Origin: Thermoleophilia bacterium
GTDB lineage: Bacteria > Actinomycetota > Thermoleophilia > Gaiellales > Gaiellaceae
Direction: 5' to 3'
Assembly (NCBI GenBank): GCA_013362295.1
Contig: JABFWJ010000319.1
Location: 1 to 38,501 of the forward strand
Length of the DNA stretch: 38,501 bases
In this document: positions 7,851 through 16,489 of the stretch, one piece after another
How the letters are laid out: each line of letters opens with the position of its first letter
Numbering within the stretch: position 1 is the first letter of the stretch
Position numbers and translations under genes: made by a program
Notes under the pieces: generated by a model
The model's database searches: none
Seen by the model: the letters and a program-made list of their open reading frames with translations, nothing else
Told to the model about the DNA's origin: nothing

Positions 7851-9125
7851 GTGCTCCAACTCGTCAACGTCGGGCACAAGTCGCTCGGCGACTACGCGAC
7901 CCTCGCCTCGCGCGGGCTGATGGACGAGATCCGTCGGCTCGCGGAACCACTCCAGGGGAAGCGCGTCGCGCATGTGTCCGCGACCGCGTTCGGCGGCGGT
8001 GTCGCCGAGATCAACTACACCCTCGTACCGCTGATGGTCGATGCGGGGCTGGATGTCGAGTGGCGCATCATCAGAGGGGCCGAGGATTTCTTCAACGTCA
8101 CCAAGTCGATCCACAACGCGCTGCAGGGCGATCCGCGGTCGCTGACGACGGAGGAGCAGGCGATCTTCCGGCGCTACAACGAGCTCAACGCCGCGGAGTT
8201 TCCGGCGGATGACTACGACTTCGTGATCATCCACGACCCGCAGCCGATCGCGATCATCGACTCGTTCCCCGACCGAGGCACGCGCTGGATCTGGCGCGGC
8301 CACATCGACTTCTCGACGCCGAACGCCGAGGTGATGGCGTTTCTCCTGCCGTCGCTGCGCCGGTACGACGACGCGATCTTCCACATGCACGAGTACCTCC
8401 CGTCGGCCGACGGCCTCCCCGAGGCCGTGATCTGGCCGCCGGCCATCGACCCGCTGACGCCGAAGAACATGGCCCTCTCACCCGAGGACGCCTCGTACAT
8501 CCTCGACCAGTTCGGCATCGACGTCGAGCGGCCGCTCCTCTGTCAGGTGTCGCGCTTCGATCCATGGAAGGACCCGCTGGGCGTGATCGACGCGTATCGG
8601 GCGGTCAAGCAACGGATCCCGCAGGTGCAGCTGGCGCTCGTCGGCTCGATGGCGCACGACGATCCCGAGGGCTGGGAGTACTACAACCGCACGCTCGAGC
8701 ACGCGGCGGACGATCCTGACATCTTCGTGCTGAGCAACATGAACAACGTCGGTGCCGTCGAGGTGAACGCGTTCCAGGTGCACTCGTCCGTGGTGATCCA
8801 GAAGTCGATCAAGGAGGGGTTCGGCCTCACGGTGACGGAAGCGCTCTGGAAGGCGCGTCCCACCGTCGCCGGGCGGGTCGGCGGCATCGTCGCGCAGATC
8901 ACCGACGGCGAGACGGGTTGGCTCGTCGACTCGTCCGCGGAGTGCGCGCAGGCGTGCATCGAGATCCTCCGCGACCCGGCCGAGGCGCGCACGCGGGCGC
9001 TGAAGGGGAAGGAGCACGTGCGCCGGCACTTCCTCACGCCGCGCCTGCTGCGCGACTGGCTCGTCCTCTTCAACCGCCTGGCAGGCAACGAGACGGGCGG
9101 CAGTACGATCACCGTCGTTCGATGA
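7851..9125 (+). CDS. treT: Trehalose glycosyltransferring synthase TreT (GT4)
   Basis: From memory it aligns closely with archaeal/thermophile TreT: HVSATAFGGGVAEI, FFNVTKSIHNALQG, VIIHDPQP, WIWRGHIDFS, QVSRFDPWKDP, MAHDDPEGW, EGFGLTVTEALWK. GTG 7851 is the first possible start because an in-frame TAA sits at 7848-7850. Confidence 0.85.
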   Translation: MLQLVNVGHKSLGDYATLASRGLMDEIRRLAEPLQGKRVAHVSATAFGGGVAEINYTLVPLMVDAGLDVEWRIIRGAEDFFNVTKSIHNALQGDPRSLTTEEQAIFRRYNELNAAEFPADDYDFVIIHDPQPIAIIDSFPDRGTRWIWRGHIDFSTPNAEVMAFLLPSLRRYDDAIFHMHEYLPSADGLPEAVIWPPAIDPLTPKNMALSPEDASYILDQFGIDVERPLLCQVSRFDPWKDPLGVIDAYRAVKQRIPQVQLALVGSMAHDDPEGWEYYNRTLEHAADDPDIFVLSNMNNVGAVEVNAFQVHSSVVIQKSIKEGFGLTVTEALWKARPTVAGRVGGIVAQITDGETGWLVDSSAECAQACIEILRDPAEARTRALKGKEHVRRHFLTPRLLRDWLVLFNRLAGNETGGSTITVVR

Positions 9126-10486
9126 CCGGCCGGCGCCACCGCCTGATCATCGTCTCGAACCGCGGGCCCGTCACGTACGACCGCGACGCGAACGGCGCGC
9201 GCGTCGAGCGGCGCGGCGCGGGCGGGCTCGTGACGGCGCTGCGCGGGCTGCGCGAGCATCACGACGTGACGTGGATCGCGAGCGCGACGACGGACGAGGA
9301 CCGCGTCGTCGCGGGCGAAGGGAGGCACGACGTCGTGATGGTCGCGCACGATCCCCAGGCCTACGACCTCTACTACAACGTCGTCGCCAACCCGATGCTC
9401 TGGTTCATCCAGCACTCGCTGTGGGGGCCCGCGACCACGCCCGTCGTCGGACGGGAGCTGCACGAGGCGTGGCACCAGGGATACGAGACTGTCAACAGGA
9501 GGTTCGCCGAGGCGGTCGTTGCCGAATTGGACAACGATCCCGACGCCACCGTCTTCTTCCACGACTACCACCTGTATCTCGCGCCGCGTATGGTGCGCGA
9601 GCTCCGGCCCGACGCGAGGCTCGCGCACTTCGTGCACATTCCTTGGCCCGTCGACTGGACCGTCCTGCCTGTCGCAATGCGCCGCGCGGTGCACGAGGGC
9701 CTGCTCGCGAACGACGTCGTCGGCTTCCACACGGCGCGCTGGGCGCGCAACTTCGAGCGCAGTTGCGACGACGTCTGCGGCAGCTGCGGCCGGACGGAAG
9801 TCACCAACCATCCGATCTCGATCGACGTCGACGAGTTCGAGCGTCTACGCGACTCCGAGCGCGTGCTGGCCGCCGAAGACGCGCTGCAACGACCCGAGAA
9901 GCTCGTCGTCCGCGTCGACCGCACCGATCCGTCGAAGAACATCGTCCGCGGACTGCGCGCTTTCGGGATCCTGCTCGACGAGCACCCTGAATGGCGCGGG
10001 CGCGTCAAGCTCCTCGCACGGCTCGATCCCTCGCGCGAGAAGATTGCGGAGTACCTCACCTATCGCGAGGCGATCGACGCCGAAGCGCGTGCCGTCGGCG
10101 AGCGGCATCCGGGGGCCGTTGAGCTCCAGGTCGCCGACGCCTTTCCGCAGTCGGTCGCCGCCTACAAGCAGTACGACGTCCTGTTCGTCAATCCGGTCTA
10201 CGACGGGATGAACCTCGTCGCCAAGGAGGGGCCGCTGGTGAACGAACGGGACGGCGTGCTGGTGCTCTCCGAGAACGCGGGTGCGCACGACGAGCTCGGG
10301 GAATGGGCCGTGACGGTGAATCCGTTCGACGTCTGGGAGCAGGCGGAGGCGCTGCACGCGGCGCTCTCGATGGACGCCGGCGAGCGGCGCCGGCGCGCGG
10401 GTGCGATCCGGTCGCAGGTCCGGGAGAACGACGTTGCGAAGTGGGTCCGGGGGCTTCTCTCCGACCTGGACCGCGTCTCGGCGTAA
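9122..10486 (+). CDS. otsA: Alpha,alpha-trehalose-phosphate synthase OtsA (GT20)
   Basis: LIIVSNRGP start region, HDYHLYL, VVGFHTARWARNF, RVDRTDPSKNI, VNPVYDGMNLVAKE. ATG 9122 overlaps the treT stop (ATGA). The ORF-track start 8918 would overlap treT by ~200 nt. Confidence 0.9.
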   Translation: MTGRRHRLIIVSNRGPVTYDRDANGARVERRGAGGLVTALRGLREHHDVTWIASATTDEDRVVAGEGRHDVVMVAHDPQAYDLYYNVVANPMLWFIQHSLWGPATTPVVGRELHEAWHQGYETVNRRFAEAVVAELDNDPDATVFFHDYHLYLAPRMVRELRPDARLAHFVHIPWPVDWTVLPVAMRRAVHEGLLANDVVGFHTARWARNFERSCDDVCGSCGRTEVTNHPISIDVDEFERLRDSERVLAAEDALQRPEKLVVRVDRTDPSKNIVRGLRAFGILLDEHPEWRGRVKLLARLDPSREKIAEYLTYREAIDAEARAVGERHPGAVELQVADAFPQSVAAYKQYDVLFVNPVYDGMNLVAKEGPLVNERDGVLVLSENAGAHDELGEWAVTVNPFDVWEQAEALHAALSMDAGERRRRAGAIRSQVRENDVAKWVRGLLSDLDRVSA

Positions 10487-10495
10487 CCTTCCGCC

Positions 10496-12028
10496 ATGGC
10501 GGTCGCCGCGTCCGGTGAGCTCCACGTTGTCAACCCGGCAACACTCGAGCCCGTCGGGTCGGTTGCGACGACCGATCCCACCGCCGTGCAGGAGCTCGTC
10601 ACCGAGGCGAAGCTCGCGCAGGAGCCGTGGGGCGACTCCTCACTCGCGGACCGCCGCGCGCTGCTCGTCGAGGTCGCCGACGTGCTGCTCGATCGCGCGG
10701 ACGGGATCGCGGACACGGTCGTCGCCGAGACGGGCAAGCCTCGCGTCGAGGCCTTCACGACCGAGCTCTTCCCCGCAGTCGACGCGCTGGTCTGGCTCGC
10801 GAAGAACGCGCCGAAGCTGCTCGCTCCCGAGCGCGTCGGGTACCCGCAGCTGCATCTGAAGCACAAGCGGGCGACGCTCCGGTACGAGCCGATCGGCGTC
10901 GTCGGCGTGATCTCTCCCTGGAACTTCCCCTTCGCGATCCCGTTCACTCAGGTCGCCTATGCGCTCGCGGCCGGAAACGCGGTCGTGCTCAAGCCATCCG
11001 AGCTCACGCCGCTCTCGGGCGCGCTCGTTGCCGAGCTCTTCGCGTCCGCCGGCGCGCCGGTCCGCGTCGCGCAGGGCGGCGGGAACGTCGGTGAGGCGCT
11101 CGTCCGGGCGCGCGGTCTCGGCAAGGTCGTGTTCACCGGCTCCGCCGAGGTGGGCCGCCTGGTCGCGGCGAGCGCCGGCGAGCGCCTCGTCCCGGTGACG
11201 CTCGAGCTCGGCGGCAAGGATCCGATGGTCGTGCTCGACGACGCCGACCTCGCGCGCGCGGTCGACGGCGCGTTGTGGGCATCGTTCCTGAACTGCGGAC
11301 AGGTGTGCTCGGGCGTCGAGCGCATCTACGTGCAGAGCGCGCTCTACGAGCCGTTCGTCGAGGAGCTCACCCGCAAGGCGCGCGAGCTCGACCTCGGCCC
11401 TCTGATCTCGGAAGAGCAGCGCGACAAGGTCGCAGCGCTCGTCGACGATGCGATCGCGCAGGGAGCCCGCGCGCTCACGGGCGGCCGGGCGCGGCCGGGA
11501 GCCGGGTGGTTCTACGAGCCCACGGTGCTCACCGAGGTGCCGCGCAGCGCGCGCATCGAGCACGACGAGACGTTCGGGCCCGTCGTCACCGTCGCGCGTG
11601 TTGCCGACGACGCCGCTGCGGTCCGCGCGGCCAACGAGACGAGCTTCGGGCTCGGCGCCTCCGTGTGGACGCGCGACGCGGAGCGGGCAGGGCGCATCGC
11701 GCGCCGGTTGCGGGCAGGCACCGTCTGGCACAACGACCACGCGTACTCGTACGCGTCCTCGCAGGCGACATGGGGCGGCCGTGGCGAATCCGGCTTCGGG
11801 CGCACGCATTCCAGGCACGGCCTTTACGACCTCACCTCCCCCAAGTTCGTCGACCGCGACTCGGGGCGTGTGCCGGTCCCCTGGTGGTTTCCCTATGACG
11901 ACGCGGCGGCGGACGCGTTCCGCGGCGCGCTGCGTGTGCTCTACTCCGACGGGATCGCAGCCCGTGCGCGCGCCGCCTGGAGCGAGCGTCGCGCACTGCT
12001 CGCGCTCGCGAAGAGGTATCGGCGGTGA
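10496..12028 (+). CDS. NAD(P)-dependent aldehyde dehydrogenase family protein
   Basis: [16 protein letters not shown], catalytic Glu context LELGGKDP and catalytic Cys context [16 protein letters not shown]. 510 aa. Confidence 0.9.
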   Translation: MAVAASGELHVVNPATLEPVGSVATTDPTAVQELVTEAKLAQEPWGDSSLADRRALLVEVADVLLDRADGIADTVVAETGKPRVEAFTTELFPAVDALVWLAKNAPKLLAPERVGYPQLHLKHKRATLRYEPIGVVGVISPWNFPFAIPFTQVAYALAAGNAVVLKPSELTPLSGALVAELFASAGAPVRVAQGGGNVGEALVRARGLGKVVFTGSAEVGRLVAASAGERLVPVTLELGGKDPMVVLDDADLARAVDGALWASFLNCGQVCSGVERIYVQSALYEPFVEELTRKARELDLGPLISEEQRDKVAALVDDAIAQGARALTGGRARPGAGWFYEPTVLTEVPRSARIEHDETFGPVVTVARVADDAAAVRAANETSFGLGASVWTRDAERAGRIARRLRAGTVWHNDHAYSYASSQATWGGRGESGFGRTHSRHGLYDLTSPKFVDRDSGRVPVPWWFPYDDAAADAFRGALRVLYSDGIAARARAAWSERRALLALAKRYRR

Positions 12029-12498
12029 GGAACGAGCTTTCGCATGTCGACGAGACGGGCAGCGTGCGCATGGTCGATGTGGGAGCGAAACCGCCGCAGC
12101 GCCGGCGCGCGGTGGCGCGCGCCGTCGTGCACATGGCGCCGGAGACGGCGGTGCGGCTGCGCGACCTCCCGAAGGGCGACGCCCTGACGACCGCGCAGCT
12201 GGCCGGGATCATGGCGGCGAAGCGGACGTCCGAGCTGATCCCGCTCTGCCACCCGCTGCCGCTCACGCACGTCGAGGTCGACACGAACGTGCTCGAGGAC
12301 GGCGTCGAGATCGTGGCGTCGGCGGAGACGACCGCCCGGACCGGCGTCGAGATGGAAGCGCTCACGGCAGCCTCGGTGGCGGCGCTCACCGTCTACGACA
12401 TGGCGAAGGCGGTCGACAAGGCAATGAGCTTCGCGGTCGAGCTCGTCGAGAAGGTCAAGGCCGACGTAGGCTCGACGAAGTCGCCGGAGGAACCGTGA
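12025..12498 (+). CDS. moaC: Cyclic pyranopterin monophosphate synthase MoaC
   Basis: [58 protein letters not shown] overlap with the aldehyde dehydrogenase stop. Confidence 0.92.
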   Translation: MRNELSHVDETGSVRMVDVGAKPPQRRRAVARAVVHMAPETAVRLRDLPKGDALTTAQLAGIMAAKRTSELIPLCHPLPLTHVEVDTNVLEDGVEIVASAETTARTGVEMEALTAASVAALTVYDMAKAVDKAMSFAVELVEKVKADVGSTKSPEEP

Positions 12499-12980
12499 AC
12501 GCCGCCGTCCTCACCATCTCGGACCGGGTGTCGCGCGGCGCCGTCGAGGACACCAGCGGCGACCTCCTCGACGAGCTGCTTCGCGGCGACGGGTACGACG
12601 TCGAGCGGCGCGTCGTCGCCGACGAGGCGGAGCGGATCGCGGCGTCGATCGAGGAGCTCGCCGCTGGGGCGGCGCTCGTCCTGACGACCGGGGGCACCGG
12701 CCTCGGGCCGCGCGACGTGACGCCCGAGGCGACCCGCACCGTGCTGCAGCGCGAGGCGCCCGGGATCGCCGAGGCCCTGCGCGCGGACTCGATCGCGAAG
12801 ACGCCGCACGGTCTCCTCTCGAGAGGCGTTGCCGGCGTCGTCGGGCGGACGCTCGTGGTCAACCTGCCGGGCTCGCCGGGCGGTTGCCGCGACGGCTACG
12901 CCGTGCTGCGGCCCGCGCTCGGGCATGCACTGTCGCTTCTCGCCGACGAGCCGACGCGTCATGCGCAAACCTCTCCGTGA
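12495..12980 (+). CDS. moaB: MoaB/MogA-type molybdenum cofactor biosynthesis protein
   Basis: [35 protein letters not shown]. This is the last 162 codons of ORF 11448-12980. GTG 12495 overlaps the moaC stop (GTGA). Confidence 0.85.
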   Translation: MNAAVLTISDRVSRGAVEDTSGDLLDELLRGDGYDVERRVVADEAERIAASIEELAAGAALVLTTGGTGLGPRDVTPEATRTVLQREAPGIAEALRADSIAKTPHGLLSRGVAGVVGRTLVVNLPGSPGGCRDGYAVLRPALGHALSLLADEPTRHAQTSP

Positions 12981-13825
12981 TGCGCGTCGCCCGCCTCTAC
13001 TACCGGCTCGTCAAGTTCGAGCACACGATCTTCGCGCTGCCGGTCGCGTACGTCGGCGCGTTCCTCGCCGTCGGCGGGATCCCGTCGGCCCACGACCTGC
13101 TGTGGATCACCGTCGCGATGGTCGGTGCGCGCTCGCTCGCGATGGCCCTCAACCGGCTGATCGACGCCCGCATCGACGCGGCCAACCCCCGCACCGCGAC
13201 ACGCGAGCTGCCGACGGGGACACTGAGCACGCCGGCCGTCGCCGCGTTCTGCCTCGTCTCGCTCGTCGTCTACCTCGTCGCCGTGTGGCAGCTCGACCCG
13301 CTCGTCCGGTGGCTCTCGCCCGTGCCCGTCCTGGCCTTCGTCGTCTACCCGTACCTCAAGCGGTTCACGTGGCTCTGCCACCTGTGGCTGGGGGCGGTCG
13401 ACGGTCTCGCGCCGATCGGGGCGTGGGCCGCGATCAAGGGCCAGCTCCCGTGGCAGGCCTGGGCCCTCGGCGCTGCCGTCGGCGCCTGGGTCGCCGGCTT
13501 CGACCTCTTCTACTCGCTCTTCGACGTCGAGGTCGATCGCGAGCAGGGACTTCACTCGTGGGCGACGCGCTTCGGAGAGCGCGGCGCGTTCACCGGCGCC
13601 CGCTTGCTCCACCTCGCGACGATCGTGCTGCTGGCGGCGGCGGGCCTCGGCCTGCACGTCGGCTTTCTCTACTGGCTGGGCGTCCTGATCGTCGCGGGCC
13701 TGCTCTTCTACGAGCACACGCTCGTCCGCCCGGGCGATCTGCACAGGCTCGACGCGGCGTTCTTCACGATGAACGGCGTCATCTCGGTCGCGTTCTTCGC
13801 GTTCGTGCTCGCCGACGTCTTGTGA
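12980..13825 (+). CDS. UbiA-family aromatic prenyltransferase (4-hydroxybenzoate polyprenyltransferase-like)
   Basis: Polytopic membrane protein. It carries the two Asp-rich motifs NRLIDARID and YSLFDVEVD. ATG 12980 shares one base with the moaB stop (TGATG). Confidence 0.8.
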   Translation: MRVARLYYRLVKFEHTIFALPVAYVGAFLAVGGIPSAHDLLWITVAMVGARSLAMALNRLIDARIDAANPRTATRELPTGTLSTPAVAAFCLVSLVVYLVAVWQLDPLVRWLSPVPVLAFVVYPYLKRFTWLCHLWLGAVDGLAPIGAWAAIKGQLPWQAWALGAAVGAWVAGFDLFYSLFDVEVDREQGLHSWATRFGERGAFTGARLLHLATIVLLAAAGLGLHVGFLYWLGVLIVAGLLFYEHTLVRPGDLHRLDAAFFTMNGVISVAFFAFVLADVL

Positions 13826-14538
13826 TCGTCGGCCTGCTGCATCCCGGCGAGATGGGCGCGTCGGTCGGCCGGGTGCTGCAGGGAAACGGGCACGAGGTCC
13901 TGTGGGCGTCGGAGGGTCGAAGCGCGGCGACGCACGAGCGTGCACAGGCCTTCCGCGACGCGAGCTCGATACGCGAGCTGGTGCGCGAGGTCGACGTCGT
14001 CTTCTCCGTCTGCCCGCCGCACGCCGCGCTCGACGTCGCTCGCGCCGTGCAGGGCTTCGACGGCATCTACGTCGACGGCAACGCGATCTCGCCGATGCGG
14101 GCGCGCGAGGTCGCGGCTCTCCATCCCCGCTTCGTCGACGGCGGCATCGTCGGCGGCCCGCCCGACGAGCCGGGGACGACGCTCTATCTGTCGGGCGCCG
14201 AGGCGGCGACGATCGCCGCGCTCTGCTCCGGCTCGAACCTCGAGCCGCGCGTCATCGTCGACGCCTCCGCCGTGAAGATGGTCTACGCGGCGTGGTCGAA
14301 GGGCACAGCGGCGATGCTGCTCGCGATCAGGGAGGTGGCGCAGCGCCTCGGCGTGGAGGAGGAGTGGCGTCTCGCCACACCCGAGCTCGCGGAGCCGCTC
14401 GCGCGCGCGGAGCGCGCGTCGGCGACGAAGGGCTGGCGCTGGATCGGCGAGATGGAAGAGATCGCCGAGACCTTTGCGGCCGTGGGGCAGCCCGCAGGCT
14501 TTCACCGCGCGGCGGCCGAGGTGTACCGCGCGTCGTGA
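13822..14538 (+). CDS. NAD(P)-binding oxidoreductase-like protein (6-phosphogluconate-dehydrogenase-type Rossmann domain plus DUF1932-like C-terminus)
   Basis: N-terminal VGLLHPGEMGASVG dinucleotide-binding loop and VFSVCPP. Last 238 codons of ORF 12829-14538. GTGA overlap with the prenyltransferase stop. Confidence 0.6.
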   Translation: MIVGLLHPGEMGASVGRVLQGNGHEVLWASEGRSAATHERAQAFRDASSIRELVREVDVVFSVCPPHAALDVARAVQGFDGIYVDGNAISPMRAREVAALHPRFVDGGIVGGPPDEPGTTLYLSGAEAATIAALCSGSNLEPRVIVDASAVKMVYAAWSKGTAAMLLAIREVAQRLGVEEEWRLATPELAEPLARAERASATKGWRWIGEMEEIAETFAAVGQPAGFHRAAAEVYRAS

Positions 14539-15107
14539 TCCGCGCCCGCGGACTCGCGAAGCGCTACGGCGACCGCCGCATCTTCGCCGGGCTGGACGTC
14601 GACGTTCCGGACGGCGGCTTCCTGCTCGTCACCGGGCCGAACGGCTCCGGCAAGACGACATTGCTGCGCGTGCTCGCGGGCCTCGCGGCGCCGACGGCGG
14701 GCGAGCTCGAGTTGCCGCCGAGGCAGACGGTCGGCTATCTCGGTCACGACCCGCTCGTCTACCGCGAGCTGACGCCGCTCGAGAACCTCGCGCTCTTCGC
14801 CCGCCTCTACCGCCTGCCGGAACGCGGCGAGCGCGTGGGCATGCTGCTCGAGCGCTTCGGTCTGTGGGACGTGCGCCACGAGCGGGTGTCGACGTTCTCC
14901 CGCGGCATGCAGCAGCGGCTCGGCCTCTGCCGCGTGCTACTGCCCGAGCCTTCGCACCTGCTGCTCGACGAGCCCTACAACGCCCTCGACGCCCAGGGCG
15001 CGGCACTCCTCGACGACGTGTTCGTGGAGGAGCGGACGAGGGTGGTGGCGACGCACGATCCCGCACGCGTCGAACGTCTCGCGACCGACCGGCTCGCGTT
15101 CGCATGA
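14535..15107 (+). CDS. ccmA: Haem exporter ATP-binding protein CcmA
   Basis: Walker A GPNGSGKTT, signature-like FSRGMQQRL, Walker B LLLDEP. Short ABC ATPase (190 aa) directly coupled to ccmB. GTGA overlap upstream. Confidence 0.8.
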   Translation: MIRARGLAKRYGDRRIFAGLDVDVPDGGFLLVTGPNGSGKTTLLRVLAGLAAPTAGELELPPRQTVGYLGHDPLVYRELTPLENLALFARLYRLPERGERVGMLLERFGLWDVRHERVSTFSRGMQQRLGLCRVLLPEPSHLLLDEPYNALDAQGAALLDDVFVEERTRVVATHDPARVERLATDRLAFA

Positions 15108-15721
15108 ACTACGTCTCCGACGTCGCCGCGCTGGCGCGGAAGGATCTGCTGCTCGAGCTGCGCGCGAAGGAGACGCTGCCGTCGATGCTCCTCTTCGTCG
15201 TCTCGGCGCTCGCGATCTTCCACTTCGCGCTGCCGCGCGGGACGAGCGACGTCGCGGCCCGCGGCCTGCTGTGGTCGGCGCTCGTCTTCACGGCGCTGCT
15301 CGGGCTCACGCGCGCCTTCGTCGCCGAGCGCGAGCAGGGCATGTTCGACGCGCTCGTCCTGACGCCGGTCGACCGCAGCGCGATCTGGCTCGGCAAGGCG
15401 ATCGCGGTGCTCGCGTTCCTCGTCGCGGCGGAGATCGTCGCGCTCCCCGCGTTCGCCGCGTTCTTCCACGGGCTGAACGGGCGAACGGTCGCGGCCGTGG
15501 CGCTCGCCGATCTCGGCATCTGCACCGTCGGCACCCTCTTCGGCGCGATGGCGGTGGCCGGCCGCGCGCGCGAGCTCCTCCTACCGCTCCTCTTCCTGCC
15601 GACGGCGATCCCGATCGTGGTCGGCGGCGTCGGCGGGTATCTCTGGTTCCTCGCCCTCTACGACGCGATCTTCGGCCTGCTCAGCTGGGCCGCGTTCGAG
15701 TACGTCGTCGTGGAGACCTGA
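15104..15721 (+). CDS. ccmB: Haem exporter membrane protein CcmB
   Basis: 205 aa with six hydrophobic helices and the CcmB-like ERE context (FVAEREQGMFDAL). ATGA overlap with ccmA. Confidence 0.75.
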   Translation: MNYVSDVAALARKDLLLELRAKETLPSMLLFVVSALAIFHFALPRGTSDVAARGLLWSALVFTALLGLTRAFVAEREQGMFDALVLTPVDRSAIWLGKAIAVLAFLVAAEIVALPAFAAFFHGLNGRTVAAVALADLGICTVGTLFGAMAVAGRARELLLPLLFLPTAIPIVVGGVGGYLWFLALYDAIFGLLSWAAFEYVVVET

Positions 15722-15751
15722 ACCGCCGACGTCCGGCGAGCGTAGTGCCTC

Positions 15752-16402
15752 ATGATGGCCGTCGGTCCGCCAACCAGCACCTCGATCTTCTGCTCCCTCG
15801 GCTCGCCGGATGTCGACGCGCTGCTCGCGGAGGCGCCGGTCGTCGAGCTCGGCGCGGGCGACGTCGCCGGGCCCGCGCAGCTCGCCGAGGCCTGCCTGCT
15901 CGTGGTCGAGTCCGGGCTCGCACTGATCCGCAGCCGGCAGCCGGGTACGTTTCGCGAGGTCGTCGTCTGCCACGCCGGCCCCGGGGCCGTCCTCCTCCCG
16001 CCGCGCGCCGGCGAGGTGGTGGCGACGCTCGTGCCGACGCGTGTCACGCTTCTGACGCCCGGGCTGCGCGACCGGCTGCTGCAGATTCCGGACGCCGCAG
16101 CGCTTCTCTTCGACGCGCTCGCCGCCACGATCCGGCAGAAGCACCGCACGATTGCGGCCCTCGCGTGGCCCCATCATCTCGACCGCGTGCGCGCAAAGCT
16201 GCTCCAGCTCGCCGCGGAGCACGGAGTCGTCGGCCGCGACGGGATCCGGCTCGACCTGCCGCTGACGCATGCGTTGCTCGCCGAGATGACCGGCTCCGCG
16301 CGCGAGACGGTGACACGTGCGATCGACGACCTGCAGGAAGAGGGGCTCGTCGTCCGCCGAGGGCGCACCTACCGGCTGGCGGTGGATCCGAACGACCTGT
16401 GA
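15752..16402 (+). CDS. Crp/Fnr-family transcriptional regulator
   Basis: N-terminal cNMP-binding-like beta-barrel region. C-terminal HTH is LTHALLAEMTGSARETVTRAIDDLQEEGLV. No Fnr-type Cys cluster is visible. Confidence 0.8.
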   Translation: MMAVGPPTSTSIFCSLGSPDVDALLAEAPVVELGAGDVAGPAQLAEACLLVVESGLALIRSRQPGTFREVVVCHAGPGAVLLPPRAGEVVATLVPTRVTLLTPGLRDRLLQIPDAAALLFDALAATIRQKHRTIAALAWPHHLDRVRAKLLQLAAEHGVVGRDGIRLDLPLTHALLAEMTGSARETVTRAIDDLQEEGLVVRRGRTYRLAVDPNDL

Positions 16403-16413
16403 CGGCGCGCACA
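16398..16413. promoter_or_regulatory. Candidate CRP-type operator TGTGA-N6-GCACA
   Basis: TGTGACGGCGCGCACA matches 9 of 10 half-site positions of TGTGA-N6-TCACA. It overlaps the stop codon of the Crp-family gene. Its centre lies ~84 nt upstream of the di-haem gene start. Confidence 0.3.
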
Positions 16414-16489
16414 ACGTGCGTCCCGTCACATCAGCGGGCGATACCGCTTTCGTACGGTTCCGGTCACTCACATCCAGGAGGAGGGACCT

